Assembly: GCA_002269645.1 (NCBI GenBank)
Contig: NIVC01003278.1
Span: 1-64,000, forward strand
DNA length: 64,000 nt
Source: Macrostomum lignano
Lineage: Eukaryota
Direction of reading: 5' to 3'
This document shows, one piece after another, positions 50,201-61,728 of this stretch (the stretch's first letter is position 1; each line of letters opens with the position of its first letter). Made by a program: the position numbers and the translations under genes. Below the pieces are notes generated by a model that worked only from the letters and a program-made list of their open reading frames with translations, was not told the origin of the DNA and searched no databases.

Positions 50201-53200
50201 ATTAGAGACTAATGAGTAGATTAGATAGAGACTAATGAGTATATTAGATTAGAGACTAATGGTTAGATTAGATTAGAGACTAATGAGTAGATTAGATTAG
50301 AGACTAATGATTAGATTAGATTATAGACTAATGATTAGATTAGATTAGAGACTAATGAGTAGATTAGATTAGAGACTAATGATTAGATTAGATTATAGAC
50401 TAATGATTAGATTAGATTAGAGACTAATGAGTAGATTAGATTAGAGACTAATGATTAGATTAGATCAGAGACTAATGAGTAGATTAGATTAGAGACTAAT
50501 GAGTAGATTAGATTAGAGACTAATGGTTAGATTAGATTAGAGACTAATGGTTAGATTAGATTAGAGACTAATGAGTAGATTAGATTAGAGACGAATAAGT
50601 AGATTAGATAGAGACTAATGAGTATATTAGATTAGAGACTAATGATTAGATTAGATTATAGACTAATGATTAGATTAGATTAGAGACTAATGGTTAGATT
50701 AGATTAGAGACTAATGATTAGATTAAATTAGAGACTAGTGAGTAGATTAGATTGGAGACTAATGAGTAGATTAGATTAGATCAGAGACTAATGAGTAGAT
50801 TAGATTAGATTAGAGACTAATGAGTAGATTAGATTAGATTAGAGACTAATGGTTAGATTAGAGACTAATGAGTAGATTAGATTAGATTACAGACTAATGG
50901 TTAGATTAGATAAGAGACTAATGAGTAGATTAGATAGAGACTAGTGAGTAGATTAGACTAGAGACAAATGAATAGATTAGATTAGAGACACATCCTGCAT
51001 GACCATTAGAGACCCGAGTGTCACACCAACCAGAGCTCGATACTAAGATCATACCGATGGCACCAAGCCGCAGGTAGAGGCCACCCTTGGCGGCGCTCCG
51101 CCTGAGCAGTCGAACTCCCGGATTTCTCCTTGCCGTCCATCGACGATCAAGTCTCGACGATGTCGCGGCCGCTGTGTCGGCGCCCTCCCGCAGCAGCAGA
51201 GCGTAAACGCAGGCCATAAACCCGATGGCCGTCACGAACAGGTAGATGTAGAATGCCTGCAAAGGGGATTGCATTTATGGTTTGAAAGTTGATGAAGGGA
51301 GTGGTTGTTGTTTTTTACCGTTAAATTAGAATACCCCACACAGCGAGGGTAGGAGAGAGAATAAAGGGGGGTTAAGAGAGAGAGGGTAGTAGAGAGAGGG
51401 TAGGAGAGAGAGGGTAGGAGAGAGAGGGTAGGGGAGAGAGGGTAGGAGAGAGAGGGTACGAGAGAGAGGGTAGAAGAGAGAGGGTAGGAGAGAGAATAAA
51501 GGGGGGTAAGAGAGAGAGGGTAGTAGAGAGAGGGTAGGAGAGAGAGGGTAGGAGAGAGAGGGTAGGGGAGAGAGGGTAGGAGAGAGAGGGTAGGAGAGAG
51601 AGGGTAGGGGAGAGAGGGTAGAAGAGAGAGGGTAGGGGAGAGAGGGTAGAAGAGAGACGGTAGGAGAGAGGAGGTAGGAGAGAGAGGGTAGAAGAGAGAG
51701 GGTAGGGGAGAGAGGGTAGGAGAGAGAGGGTAGGAGATAGAGGGTAGTAGAGAGAGGGTAGGAGAGAGAGGGTAGGAGAGAGAGGGTAGGGGAGAGAGGA
51801 TAGAAAAGAGAGGGTAGGAGAGAGAGGGTAGGAGAGAGAGGGTAGGAGAGAGAGGGTAGGAGAGAGAGGGTAGGAGAGAGAGGGTAGAAGAGAGAGGGTA
51901 GAAGAGAGAGGGTAGAAGAGAGAGCGTAGTAGAGAGAGGGTAGGGGAGAAAGGGTAGAAAAGAGAGGGTAGCAGAGAGAGGGTAGGAGAGAGAGGGTAGG
52001 AGAGAGAGGGTAGGACAGAGAGGGTAGGAGAGAGAGCGTAGGGGAGAGAGGGTAGAAAAGAGAGGGTATGACAGAGAGGGTAGGAGAGAGAGGGTAGGGG
52101 AGAGAGGGTAGAAAAGAGAGGGTAGGAGACAGGGTAGGAGTGAGGGAACGAATAGAAGCAGTTGTGAAACCCAAGAGCGTCCCCCCCCCCAACAAGGTTC
52201 GTCTCTCCAGCAGGGCCAGACGTGTACGACGTAAACAAATACACGCGCATGTATAAATGTTTTCTCTCCAATATTGAATTCTCAGCTTCAATTCTGTTTT
52301 AGTAGGCAGGCAGGCAGGCAGGCAGACATTGGGAGTTATAATAAAGTATTTGGTTTGTGTTCAGCGCGTGCCTAACAAGCCCACCGCAGCTCCTGGGCCT
52401 ACAAGATTTTTGCTGACGGTGCACCAAAGTCGAAAATACGGAGCTATAGGGAGAGAAGGAGGCAGAAGCGAAACTTTAATAAACACTGGAGCCACCAGGG
52501 TTCTCAGATTTCAATGCAAAACGAATTTTTCGCAAGCAAAAATGAAATAAGAGTTTTCTTCTTTGCAGCTGAGAAGATGCGCGTTTTGATGGAGAAATTT
52601 TTTAAATCGTTTGTGTTTTTATTATTCGTGATCAAAAATGAAGACTGAAGGGTTTGTGTGAAGAGTTCAGTGTTTGTGTGAAGATTTCAGTGTTTGTGTG
52701 AAGATTTCAGTGTTTGTGTGAATAGTTCTGGGTTTGTGTGAAGATTTCAAGGTTTGTGTGAAGATTTCAAGGTTTGTGTGAAGATTTCAAGGTTTGTGTG
52801 AAGATTTCAAGGTTTGTGTGAAGATTTCAAGGTTTGTGTGAAGATTTCAAGGTTTGTGTGAAGATTTCAAGGTTTGTGTGAAGATTTCAAGGTTTGTGTG
52901 AAGATTTCAGTGTTTGTGTAAATATTTCAGTGTTTGTGTGAAGATTTCAGTGTTTGTGTAAGGAGTTCAGTGTTTGTGTAAAGATTTCAGTGTTTGTGTG
53001 AATAGTTCTGGGTTTGTGTGAAGATTTCAAGGTTTGTGTGAAAATTTCAAGGTTTGTGTGAAGATTTCAGGGTTTGTGTGTGAAGCTTTCAGTGTGTGTG
53101 TGTGTGTGTGTGTATGAATATTTCAGTGTTTTTTGAAGATTTCAGGGTTTGTGTGAATATTTTGGATTTGTGTAGATATTTTGGATTTGTGTAGATATTT

Positions 53201-56200
53201 TGGGATTGTGTGAATACGCTCGTATTTTGGGATTGTGTGAATACGCTCGTATTTTGGGATTGTGTGAATACGCTCGTATTTTGGGATTGTGTGAATACGC
53301 TCGTATTTTGGGATTGTGTGAATACGCTCGTATTTTGGGATTGTGTGAAGATTTTAAGCTTGCGTGCGGGTTTTTGAGTTTGTGCGAAGATTGAGGTTTA
53401 AGAAAAGAGTTTGCAAGAAGTTTAGAATTTAGAATTTGATTTTTCAGTAGATTTTATTGTAAACTGCACCAGACTTTATAAGAAATTAATTATCTCGTAT
53501 ATACTCTAAGCAAAGTCTACACTTCTTACTCTGACTGCAGCGTCAATATTATCATGACTCATACTACAATACGAACTTCTTACCTATTAATTTTCATTCC
53601 TAAACCGATCATTAAAGCCTCTCCTTATCTTTATCATCCATTATTATTATTATCTGTGGCTGCTTTCCTGTCTGTCTGTCAACCTCAGTCTCTGCGCCTT
53701 TGACTTTCTGAGTTTGCTGAGACTGTCTGATATATCTGGCTTATATAATGATAATTCTATAATATTAATACATATCGATTTTGTATTTCTCATGTTTTTA
53801 TTGATTTTAGATTCTATAGATCTTTTTTATTGTGGTTTTGTACCTCAACGCTCCCACATTCCTCACCTCAAAGCTGAATTCGATGGCTGACTGCTTCGAG
53901 TAAACTACTTTTGCAGGGATCAATAGGCCGAGACAGCAGAGCAGTATGCAGTAGATCCCGCTGAGGATGTTGGCCAGCGATGCCCTGAAAATGGGAATGA
54001 GGATTTTAGGGATTTTATAGTTAAAAATCACCGTGATAAAAGGTAAAATATGAAGCGCTAATCTATAGAATGGATTGCTAATCTATAGAATGGATTGCTA
54101 ATCTATAGAATGGATTGCTAATCTATAGAATGGATTGCTAATCTATGCAATGGATTCCTAATCTATAGAATGGATTGCTAATCTATAGAATGGATTGCTA
54201 ATCTATACAATGGATTGCTAATCTATGCAATGGATTGCTAATCTATAGAATGGATTGTAATTCCAAGTCTTCTCTGTGCCACAATGCAGTAAATCAGGCT
54301 TCGATAGAATTAGAAATTCGGCTTCCAGATTAGCGGTCTGCCTGAACGTGGCACAAGCAGCAGAGCCGAGGCTTCAGTTCTTTTCTCACACAAAAGACAA
54401 ACAGATGAAAGAGACAGACCTTTGCAAAAAGAGAGGTTTGAGATAATACCTGATTGAAAAGTACATTTAGCTACAAATAGAATTTTCGTTTGACATTGTC
54501 TAGCAATTTGAAAGCATTTTCTAGAAAATACTCGTTTCTTTTGACTTGAGTGTACTATATGAGTTTACTATTATTTTTATCTATGAGTTTACTATTGTGC
54601 TTATCAATGAGTTTACTATTGTGTTTATCAATGAGTTTACTATTGTATTTATCAATGAGTTTTCTATTGTGTTTATCAATGAGTTTACTATTGTGCTTAT
54701 CAATGAGTTTACTATTGTGTTTATCAATGAGTTTACTATTGTATTTACCAATGAGTTTACTATTGTGTTTATCAATGAGTTTACTATTGTGTTTATCAAT
54801 GAGTTTACCATTGTGTTTATCAATGAGTTTACTATTATTTTTATCTATGAGTTTACTATTGTGCTTATCTATGAGTTTACTATTGTGCTTATCAATGAGT
54901 TTACTATTGTGTTTATCAATGAGTTTACTATTGTATTTATCAATGAGTTTTCTATTGTGTTTATCAATGAGTTTACTATTGTGCTTATCAATGAGTTTAC
55001 TATTGTGTTTATCAATGAGTTTACTATTGTATTTACCAATGAGTTTACTATTGTGTTTATCAATGAGTTTACTATTGTGTTTATCAATGAGTTTACCATT
55101 GTGTTTATCAATGAGTTTACTATTGTGCTTATCTATGAGTTTACTATTGTGCTTATCAATGAGTTTACTATTGTGTTTATCAATGAGTTTACTATTGTAT
55201 TTATCAATGAGTTTTCTATTGTGTTTATCAATGAGTTTACTATTGTGCTTATCAATGAGTTTACTATTGTGTTTATCAATGAGTTTACTATTGTATTTAT
55301 CAATGAGTTTTCTATTGTGTTTATCAATGAGTTTACTATTGTGCTTATCAATGAGTTTACTATTGTGTTTATCAATGAGTTTACTATTGTATTTATCAAT
55401 GAGTTTACTATTGTGTTTATCAATGAGTTTACTATTGTGTTTATCAATGAGTTTACTATTGTGCTTATCTATGAGTTTACTTTTGTGTTTATCAATGAGT
55501 TTACTATTGTATTTATCAATGAGTTTACTATTGTGTTTATCAATGAGTTTACTATTGTGTTTATCAATGAGTTTACTATTGTGTTTATCAATGAGTTTAA
55601 TAGTGTGTTTATCAATGAGTTTACTATTGTGTTTGTCAATGAGTTTACTATTGTGTTTATCTATGAGTTTAATATTGTGTTTATCTATGAGTTTAATATT
55701 GTGTTTATCTATGAGTTTACTATTGTGTTTATCTCTGAGTTTACTACAGAGTTTACTCCAACATCAGTAAGCTCTGGCAAAACGGTCAGAATCGGGACAA
55801 ATATCTATAATCTAACAGAAAAATCGTTTTCACTTCTCAGATTCTATTTTTAGATGCCTGAAACGGCGAGAGGGCGAGCCTGGGTGGGGGGGGTGAGAGT
55901 CTGACAGAAAGCCTCCGGGGGGGGGGAGCTTATAGCGAGAGAAGGGAAAAAACAACTTCCACATCGCCGGGATATAATTTGTCCACACAACCAGATCAAG
56001 CATGGTTTTGTCAATGTGTCCAGAAATGATGGACTCCGCGCAGAGGGCACGCAGATCATCAGCAGTTTTCGCTCTGCCTCAAATGAATGATGAATGAAAG
56101 TACCGGAGACTGGGGAGACTCAACCCAAGCTAGTTGTTTCTTTTTTGCTGCCTATACTTTCACAAGAGGTCTCCGTTGGCACTAATTGCTCAACAAGGAC

Positions 56201-59200
56201 GGCTAAAAATAGTAGAAAATTGGATTGGAAATTACCGCGAGCTAAAATCTTCTGGATTTTTATTATTCAGGTTTTTTCGTCTGCTTTTATGGCGGCCAAA
56301 CTCCGGGAATTTGCGCCTTTCAGACACTCAAATCAGCGCCCTAAAGACGCCCGAATCGACGCCCTAAAGACAGCCGATCGGCGCCTCTCAGACTCACATC
56401 GACGCCTTAAAGACATTCAAATCGACGCCCTAAAGACACCCGAATCGGCGCCCTAAAGACACCCGAATCGACGCCCTAAAGACACTCGAATCGACGCCCT
56501 AAAGACATTCGAATCGACGCCCTAAAGACACCCGAATCGGCGCCCTAAAGACACCCAAATCGGCGCCCTAAAGACACCCGAATTGGCGCCCTAAAGACAC
56601 CCGAATCGGCGCCCTAAAGACACTCGAATCGACGCCCTAAAGACACTCGAATCGACGCCCTAAAGACACCCGAATCGACGCCCTAAAGACACCCGAATCG
56701 ACGCCCTAAAGACACCCAAATCGGCGCCCTAACGACACCCGAATCGACGCCCTAAAGACAGCCCCACCGCACGTCAAAAGCTCACTTAAACGCCTCTTGC
56801 ATATATCCGGTCTGCAGGTCAATGTTGGCAGCACCAGTCGGTTTCAGAATGCCCACCAGAGGCGTCCCGTGCCTGCCAACTTGCTGAGGATGTCGACGAG
56901 GTGACAGCAGCTGATGCTGCTGACTGCAGTGCTGCCTTGGTGCCTTGCCGCCCAGCATCAGAGTTGGCGTCCTTGATGAGGAGGCATCGGCTTTCGCCAA
57001 GATCAAGTGCTGAAACTCTGTTGAGCTCTGCGTCTCGGGGGAAGTATTGCTGATGCCTGCAAGGGTGAGAAGTTGATTGACAGGTGTGAGGGCTTTTAAT
57101 TAGGAAGCTAAATGGATAATTTTAAGGATGTGATTCGTTTATGTATAGGACATTTAGAATTTTGAATTTTGAGTGATTGGTCAAGGGGATATTTTGAGTA
57201 TGTGGATATTTTGAGTATAGGGATATTTTGAGTATAGGGATATTTTGAGTATAGGGATATTTTGAGTATAGGGATATTTTGAGTATGGGGATATTTTGAG
57301 TATTGGGATATTTTGAGTATGGGAATATTTTGAGTATGGGGATATTTTGAGTATGGGGATATTCTGAGTATGGGGATATTCTGAGTATGGGGATATTTTG
57401 ATTATGGGGATATTCTGAGTTTGGGATGTTTGAGCATGGAGACAGTTTTAGCTTGAGATATTTAGCATAGCTAGTTTTTTAAGTTAGAAAACTTTATAGA
57501 TGCCCAGAATTGCTGGTTTGAGAAGTGCATCAAGTGCTAATTATTACAGGATTTTGTTCTGCTGCATCGAAAGATCCCATGAAAATTGCAGGTTGAGGAA
57601 CAGGAAACTTCTGGATGAGTCATACGGCAGCGACTGTCTGAAATTTGATTGAGCAAAACTGCATCTCCAGAGTCAGACAAGCGAATAAGATGCAAATAAC
57701 CTAGCCGCGGTTTTCACGTTAACTGAAAACTCAAACTCGACGATTTTCCACGAGTTTCTTCTCTTCCGCGTCGGGGGGTTTTCAATTTTTGTCTCGTTTC
57801 CTCGGATCAAGCAATTGGTGGGTGGGATGGAGAGAGAGATGTGGTGACTGTGTCCTCATGCTTTCCGCAAGATCGAGACGACGTATTCATTGAGACGCAA
57901 GTTGCCGTCGAAAATGTAATTATGACTCATACTGCCTCTCCCTGCTCAATGAAGTATCCGGACAAAATTAGGCTTTCTACGTTGTAATATTGATTGATGC
58001 TCAGTAGCTCAAGTATGCGTAAGGGGAGTTTGAGCTGTCCATCTCGATGATGATAAGGATGATCGGGTATCGCGGATAGCTCAATACGGTTGAGCTGCTC
58101 AAGCGTTGATACGATCGAAACTCGTCGGACAAACTTAATAATCAATATTTGTATGGATCAAAGGCCTGTCCTCGCTAAATCGCTTCTGCGCAAGGGTCTC
58201 TTAAGATGTTCGAAAGATTATGTTGAACTCAATAATGATTTGACTGAGTGACAGATCCAGGTGAATAAGTCACTGCAATGACTTTGATAGTCACATTAGT
58301 GACTGATCCAGGTGAATAAGTCACTGCAATGACTTTGATAGTCACATTAGTGACTGATGCAGGTGAATAAGTCACTGCAATGACTTTGATAGCCACATTA
58401 GTGACTGATGCAGGTGAATAAGTCACTGCAATGACTTTGATAGCCACATTAGTGACTGATGCAGGTGAATAAGTCACTGCAATGACTTTGATAGCCACAT
58501 TAGTGACTGATGCAGGTGAATAAGTCACTGCAATGACTTTGATAGCCACATTAGTGACTGATGCAGGTGAATAAGTCACTGCAATGACTTTGATAGCCAC
58601 ATTAGTGACTGATCCAGGTGAATAAGTCACTGCAATGACTTTGATAGCCACATTAGTGACTGATGCAGGTGAATAAGTCACTGCAATGACTTTGATAGCC
58701 ACATTAGTGACTGATGCAGGTGAATAAGTCACTGTAATGGCTTCGAATTTTCAAGTGACTGATCCGAGTGATTACAGGATTTACAGTCAAACCATCACTT
58801 CATCCCCTATCTATTCATTGAGTCGGTAGCAGGTCAGAACACAGTAGGATAGGGATCGAGAGACTCCAGAGTGAGGCGTTGTCAGAGTGTTCATGGCTAC
58901 TGCGTGAGCGAGACCTATCAGAGTCGGGATCAGTGTCGCGCAATCTGATCAAATCGTTTAATAATTCAGCTGTTAGTCTACACAACACAAAGTTGTCCAG
59001 TGGAGACTTTCCTTGAGCACAATTGTTACCCAGCGGTACAGGTGCACTAAATCACGGAGATAAAAAAGTCAAACACCCTCTATCTGATGTAATTCATTAC
59101 CAATAAAGTGAATAACTGATTAGAAAGCATTGAGATTGTGTTTCTTAATCTTGTCTGAGAGAGTGGATCGCTCGCTTCACTGCTGTAGTTCTTGTTATAA

Positions 59201-60411
59201 AAGCTTTGATGTCTAATAGAGTTTTGCGCGTGTTTGCGTGGCCAAGAATACGCCAGGTAGCAAGAGAGGAGGACACTGCAGAATTACACGGGCTGGTTTT
59301 GGCAATGACAGATTAGTCCTCAGTAGTAACTATAGTGGCCCTGCTCGCCGCCGCCTCTCAGTGCTTCTGTTACAAACTATTCTCCCCTGCTACTCTGAGC
59401 TCCCAAAATCTCTAATGTCATGTGTCACGCTAACTAGCTGCATTGGTATTTTTTTCTCTACCTTACAGACGCGGAAACTTGGCTTGGAGTAAGCATGACA
59501 GAATTGAGGAGGCTCTCCACTGCCTGGCTGTAGGCGGGACGGTGTGTACGAGTGAGTATAGAGGGGCTTTTGAGGGGATAGCAGCGGCGTTTGATTGAAG
59601 CTCCTATTGAGTTTTGATGTACTAGGGGGGGGGGGCATTGCTGTACTAAATAAGCTGCATAAACGCTGGCATGGAGTGTTTTTTTGGATTTTAAAGAATG
59701 AAAACTAACGGTTTAAATATTTAATATTGTACAATCAAAATATTTGCCTGTTAAAATATACCTCGTAGGTGTCAGGACACGCTTAAAAAGAGAGTTCAAG
59801 AAAATATAATAGAACGGCTAAAGGTTTTTTATTCGGTGACACTAATTTTAGTGTCAAGACACGCTAAGGTAGTGCCAGGAGAAGCTTACATGTAAAAGGT
59901 GTCAGAGGGCCTTAAAATCCGTGTCAGAGGGCCTTAAAATCCGTGTCAGAGGGCCTTAAAATCCGTGTCAGAGGGCCTTAAAATCCGTGTCAGAGGGCCT
60001 TAAAATCCGTGTCAGAGGGCCTTAAAATCCGTGTCAGAGGGCCTTAAAATCCGTGTCAGAGGGCCTTAAAATCCGTGTCAGAGGGCCTTAAAATCCGTGT
60101 CAGAGGGCCTTAAAATCCGTGTCAGAGGGCCTTAAAATCCGTGTCAGAGGAGACTATAAAATCTGAGTCAGAGAGCCACCTTAATCTCATCAGCTCACCA
60201 GAGTCGGCGACTCCTCCAGCGCACTGGAGCGCGATGCTCTCAACGATGGTCTCAGCCAACACGGTCTCCATTCGGCCAGTGGCCGAGCTGAACTGACTGA
60301 TCAGCGAGTGTCGGGTACCGCAGCCCGGATTCGAACCGGCGCTATTAGACGAGGGCGACGGGCTGCCTACAATGTTCATCCCGGCCCGCTGAGGGATGTT
60401 CGACTGCAACT

Positions 60412-60444
<33 letters not shown>

Positions 60445-61255
60445 GCTTTTTTCGAAGTCCGGAGGAGGCTGCACTCCATCTGGATTCAGGAAGGTGGTTG
60501 TTAAAGACTGAAGGTTTATAATTTAGTTTTTGAATATTCAAGTGTAACAATGTTTGGGAGAGTTTTATAAATAAAAACTGAGCGTCTAACAAACAAATTT
60601 TAAAGCTGATCAAAGCAACTGAAAATCGAATTAATTTAAACTGATTTCGCATTTATTACGTGCATAGATTGCATGAATTCGTAGAAACAATCATTTTATG
60701 CATCAGAACTCACATTCGAGCTTTAAAAGCTGCGGGCCTCAACTCTTCACTGCTAGTCGAACTTGAGGAACTACTCAGCTGTCTCTGCTGCTGCTGCCGA
60801 TCGCCTTCGGAGTGGCTTTCGCTGTCCGATGACTGCGGAGATCCGCAGCTTCCGGTTCTGTCACGTGGCGCAGCTTTCGGACCGGAAGTTCTAGAAATCG
60901 CCGACGAAGTCATCGCTGGCAGGATGGCTGGCTGACTGCCGCTGCTGCTGCCGCAACCTCCAGTTGGAGATTCCGCGTACGTTGGGCTCGATGCATAACT
61001 GGCTTCGTCTTCGTTGAATTGTCGTCTTGAGTAAGAAGACGGAGAAGACGATGCGGCTAGAGCTAGAAAAGGATCGCCTCGATGGTCTAGAGGCGTTCGC
61101 CCAGTCTGAGCGTAGGTCTGTGAGGCTGAGCTAGTCTTTGTAGTCTTTTGTGCTTGCACCTGATGAGCTGACGAATTTTCGCCGACGGCGTAAAGATTTA
61201 TTACAGATGGGAAATTTCCATGCTCAATTGATGATTCCGAGCTGCTCTGATACAT
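41249..61255 (-). CDS. Otop: Otopetrin family proton channel, complete 8-exon CDS, 914 aa
   Basis: GT-AG exons with matching phases: 61255-60714, 60479-60199, 57056-56786, 53984-53867 (TM1 LSGIYCILL), 51256-51055 (FYIYLF..GLYLRLGAI), 46150-45984 (FGIASM..FTFVQLNFLFFMNAK), 43289-42983 (ARFFLAHLVATNTCVW, YLFPVTVQY), 42105-41249 (REKPGRELVTYLLVANIA, LYRCHS, stop). Total 2745 nt. The symbol denotes the family only. Confidence 0.93.
42229..42962. repeat. 35-bp minisatellite (ggaggtgaagtcagtgcttcatggcctgaggattt)
   Basis: Period 35; variant pair recurs ~247 bp apart (7 units). Confidence 0.95.
43310..43930. repeat. 32-bp minisatellite (tctcaccccttattatcgatgggatcatggaa)
   Basis: Period 32; the 32-aa periodic ORF equals 3 units. 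Confidence 0.93.
44930..45830. repeat. 23-bp minisatellite with a homogeneous 46-bp dimeric block followed by diverged monomers
   Basis: ttaagacacctcatggcccgtcc alternates with ttaagactttctatggcacgttc up to ~45385, then diverged 23-mers. Confidence 0.92.
46375..46880. repeat. 11-bp minisatellite (gactatcgtgt)
   Basis: Direct inspection. Confidence 0.92.
47840..48365. repeat. ~33-35-bp minisatellite (ctctgtgatacccaatgactcttcac...)
   Basis: Direct inspection. Confidence 0.9.
48850..49450. repeat. 49-bp minisatellite (cttcagtcactctactggccaagccacctcattgtcactctccttcatt)
   Basis: Period 49 (48961 and 49010). Confidence 0.93.
49860..50990. repeat. ~24-bp minisatellite (gagactaatgagtagattagatta)
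   Basis: Direct inspection. Confidence 0.92.
51345..52140. repeat. Purine-rich ~14-bp minisatellite (ggtaggagagagag)
   Basis: Direct inspection; almost entirely purine on the + strand. Confidence 0.93.
52650..53350. repeat. Adjacent 20-bp (ggtttgtgtgaagatttcaa) and 27-bp (ttttgggattgtgtgaatacgctcgta) minisatellites
   Basis: Direct inspection; shared tgtgtgaa core. Confidence 0.9.
54055..54260. repeat. 20-bp minisatellite (gctaatctatagaatggatt)
   Basis: Direct inspection. Confidence 0.93.
54550..55750. repeat. 24-bp minisatellite (gagtttactattgtgtttatcaat) with a 288-bp higher-order duplication
   Basis: 8-aa periodic ORF; identical minus-strand ORFs at 54581 and 54869, 288 bp apart. Confidence 0.95.
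56330..56760. repeat. 23-bp minisatellite (cgccctaaagacacccgaatcga)
   Basis: Period 23. Confidence 0.93.
57185..57430. repeat. 18-19-bp minisatellite (gggatattttgagtata)
   Basis: Direct inspection. Confidence 0.88.
58245..58740. repeat. 51-bp minisatellite (gtgactgatgcaggtgaataagtcactgcaatgactttgatagccacatta)
   Basis: 17-aa periodic ORF equals 51 bp. Confidence 0.95.
59905..60150. repeat. 22-bp perfect minisatellite (cagagggccttaaaatccgtgt)
   Basis: Direct inspection. Confidence 0.95.
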
Positions 61256-61728
61256 TGATTACCAAATCAGAGCTGCTAATGCAAATCCTCGAGTTAAAAG
61301 GATTAAGTAAATGACGCGAAATGTAGCCCTGGCGGCGTGCACATTTGCTTTGACATACGTCTCGTGCATTGGATTTGGATATAAATGTTCTCAGAAAGTA
61401 TCGTTTAAAAAACTGCAAGCGCGCTAATGTACATAAACATCTCTTGCTTTTTTACACAGTAAATGTAAAATTTATTACTTATTTCTTAAAAAATTTTTCC
61501 ATTTAGGCCAGAAATTTGTAATTATTATAACAGCTCTGAGACCATTTTTTAATTTTGTTTTACTAGCTACAAGTTAAAAGAATTTTTTTAAATGTATGAA
61601 AGATATCGTGGCGCATGGACCATGATCCTATAAAAATTCATACCACTCCTTCTTTGACCGTTTTTGTAAGCGCTTCACTGGAAAATATACATAAGGGTGG
61701 AACTCAGATTTTATTTTCTGAATTAAAA

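Noticed and set aside
54546-55853. 435-aa and 406-aa hydrophobic ORFs resembling membrane proteins
   Set aside because: Pure translation of the 24-bp minisatellite.
59390-59640. Pro/Ser-rich minus-strand ORF as an extra otopetrin exon
   Set aside because: The acceptor phase fits but the best donor (AAG|GTAGAG) is phase 0 where phase 1 is needed; unsupported without RNA data.
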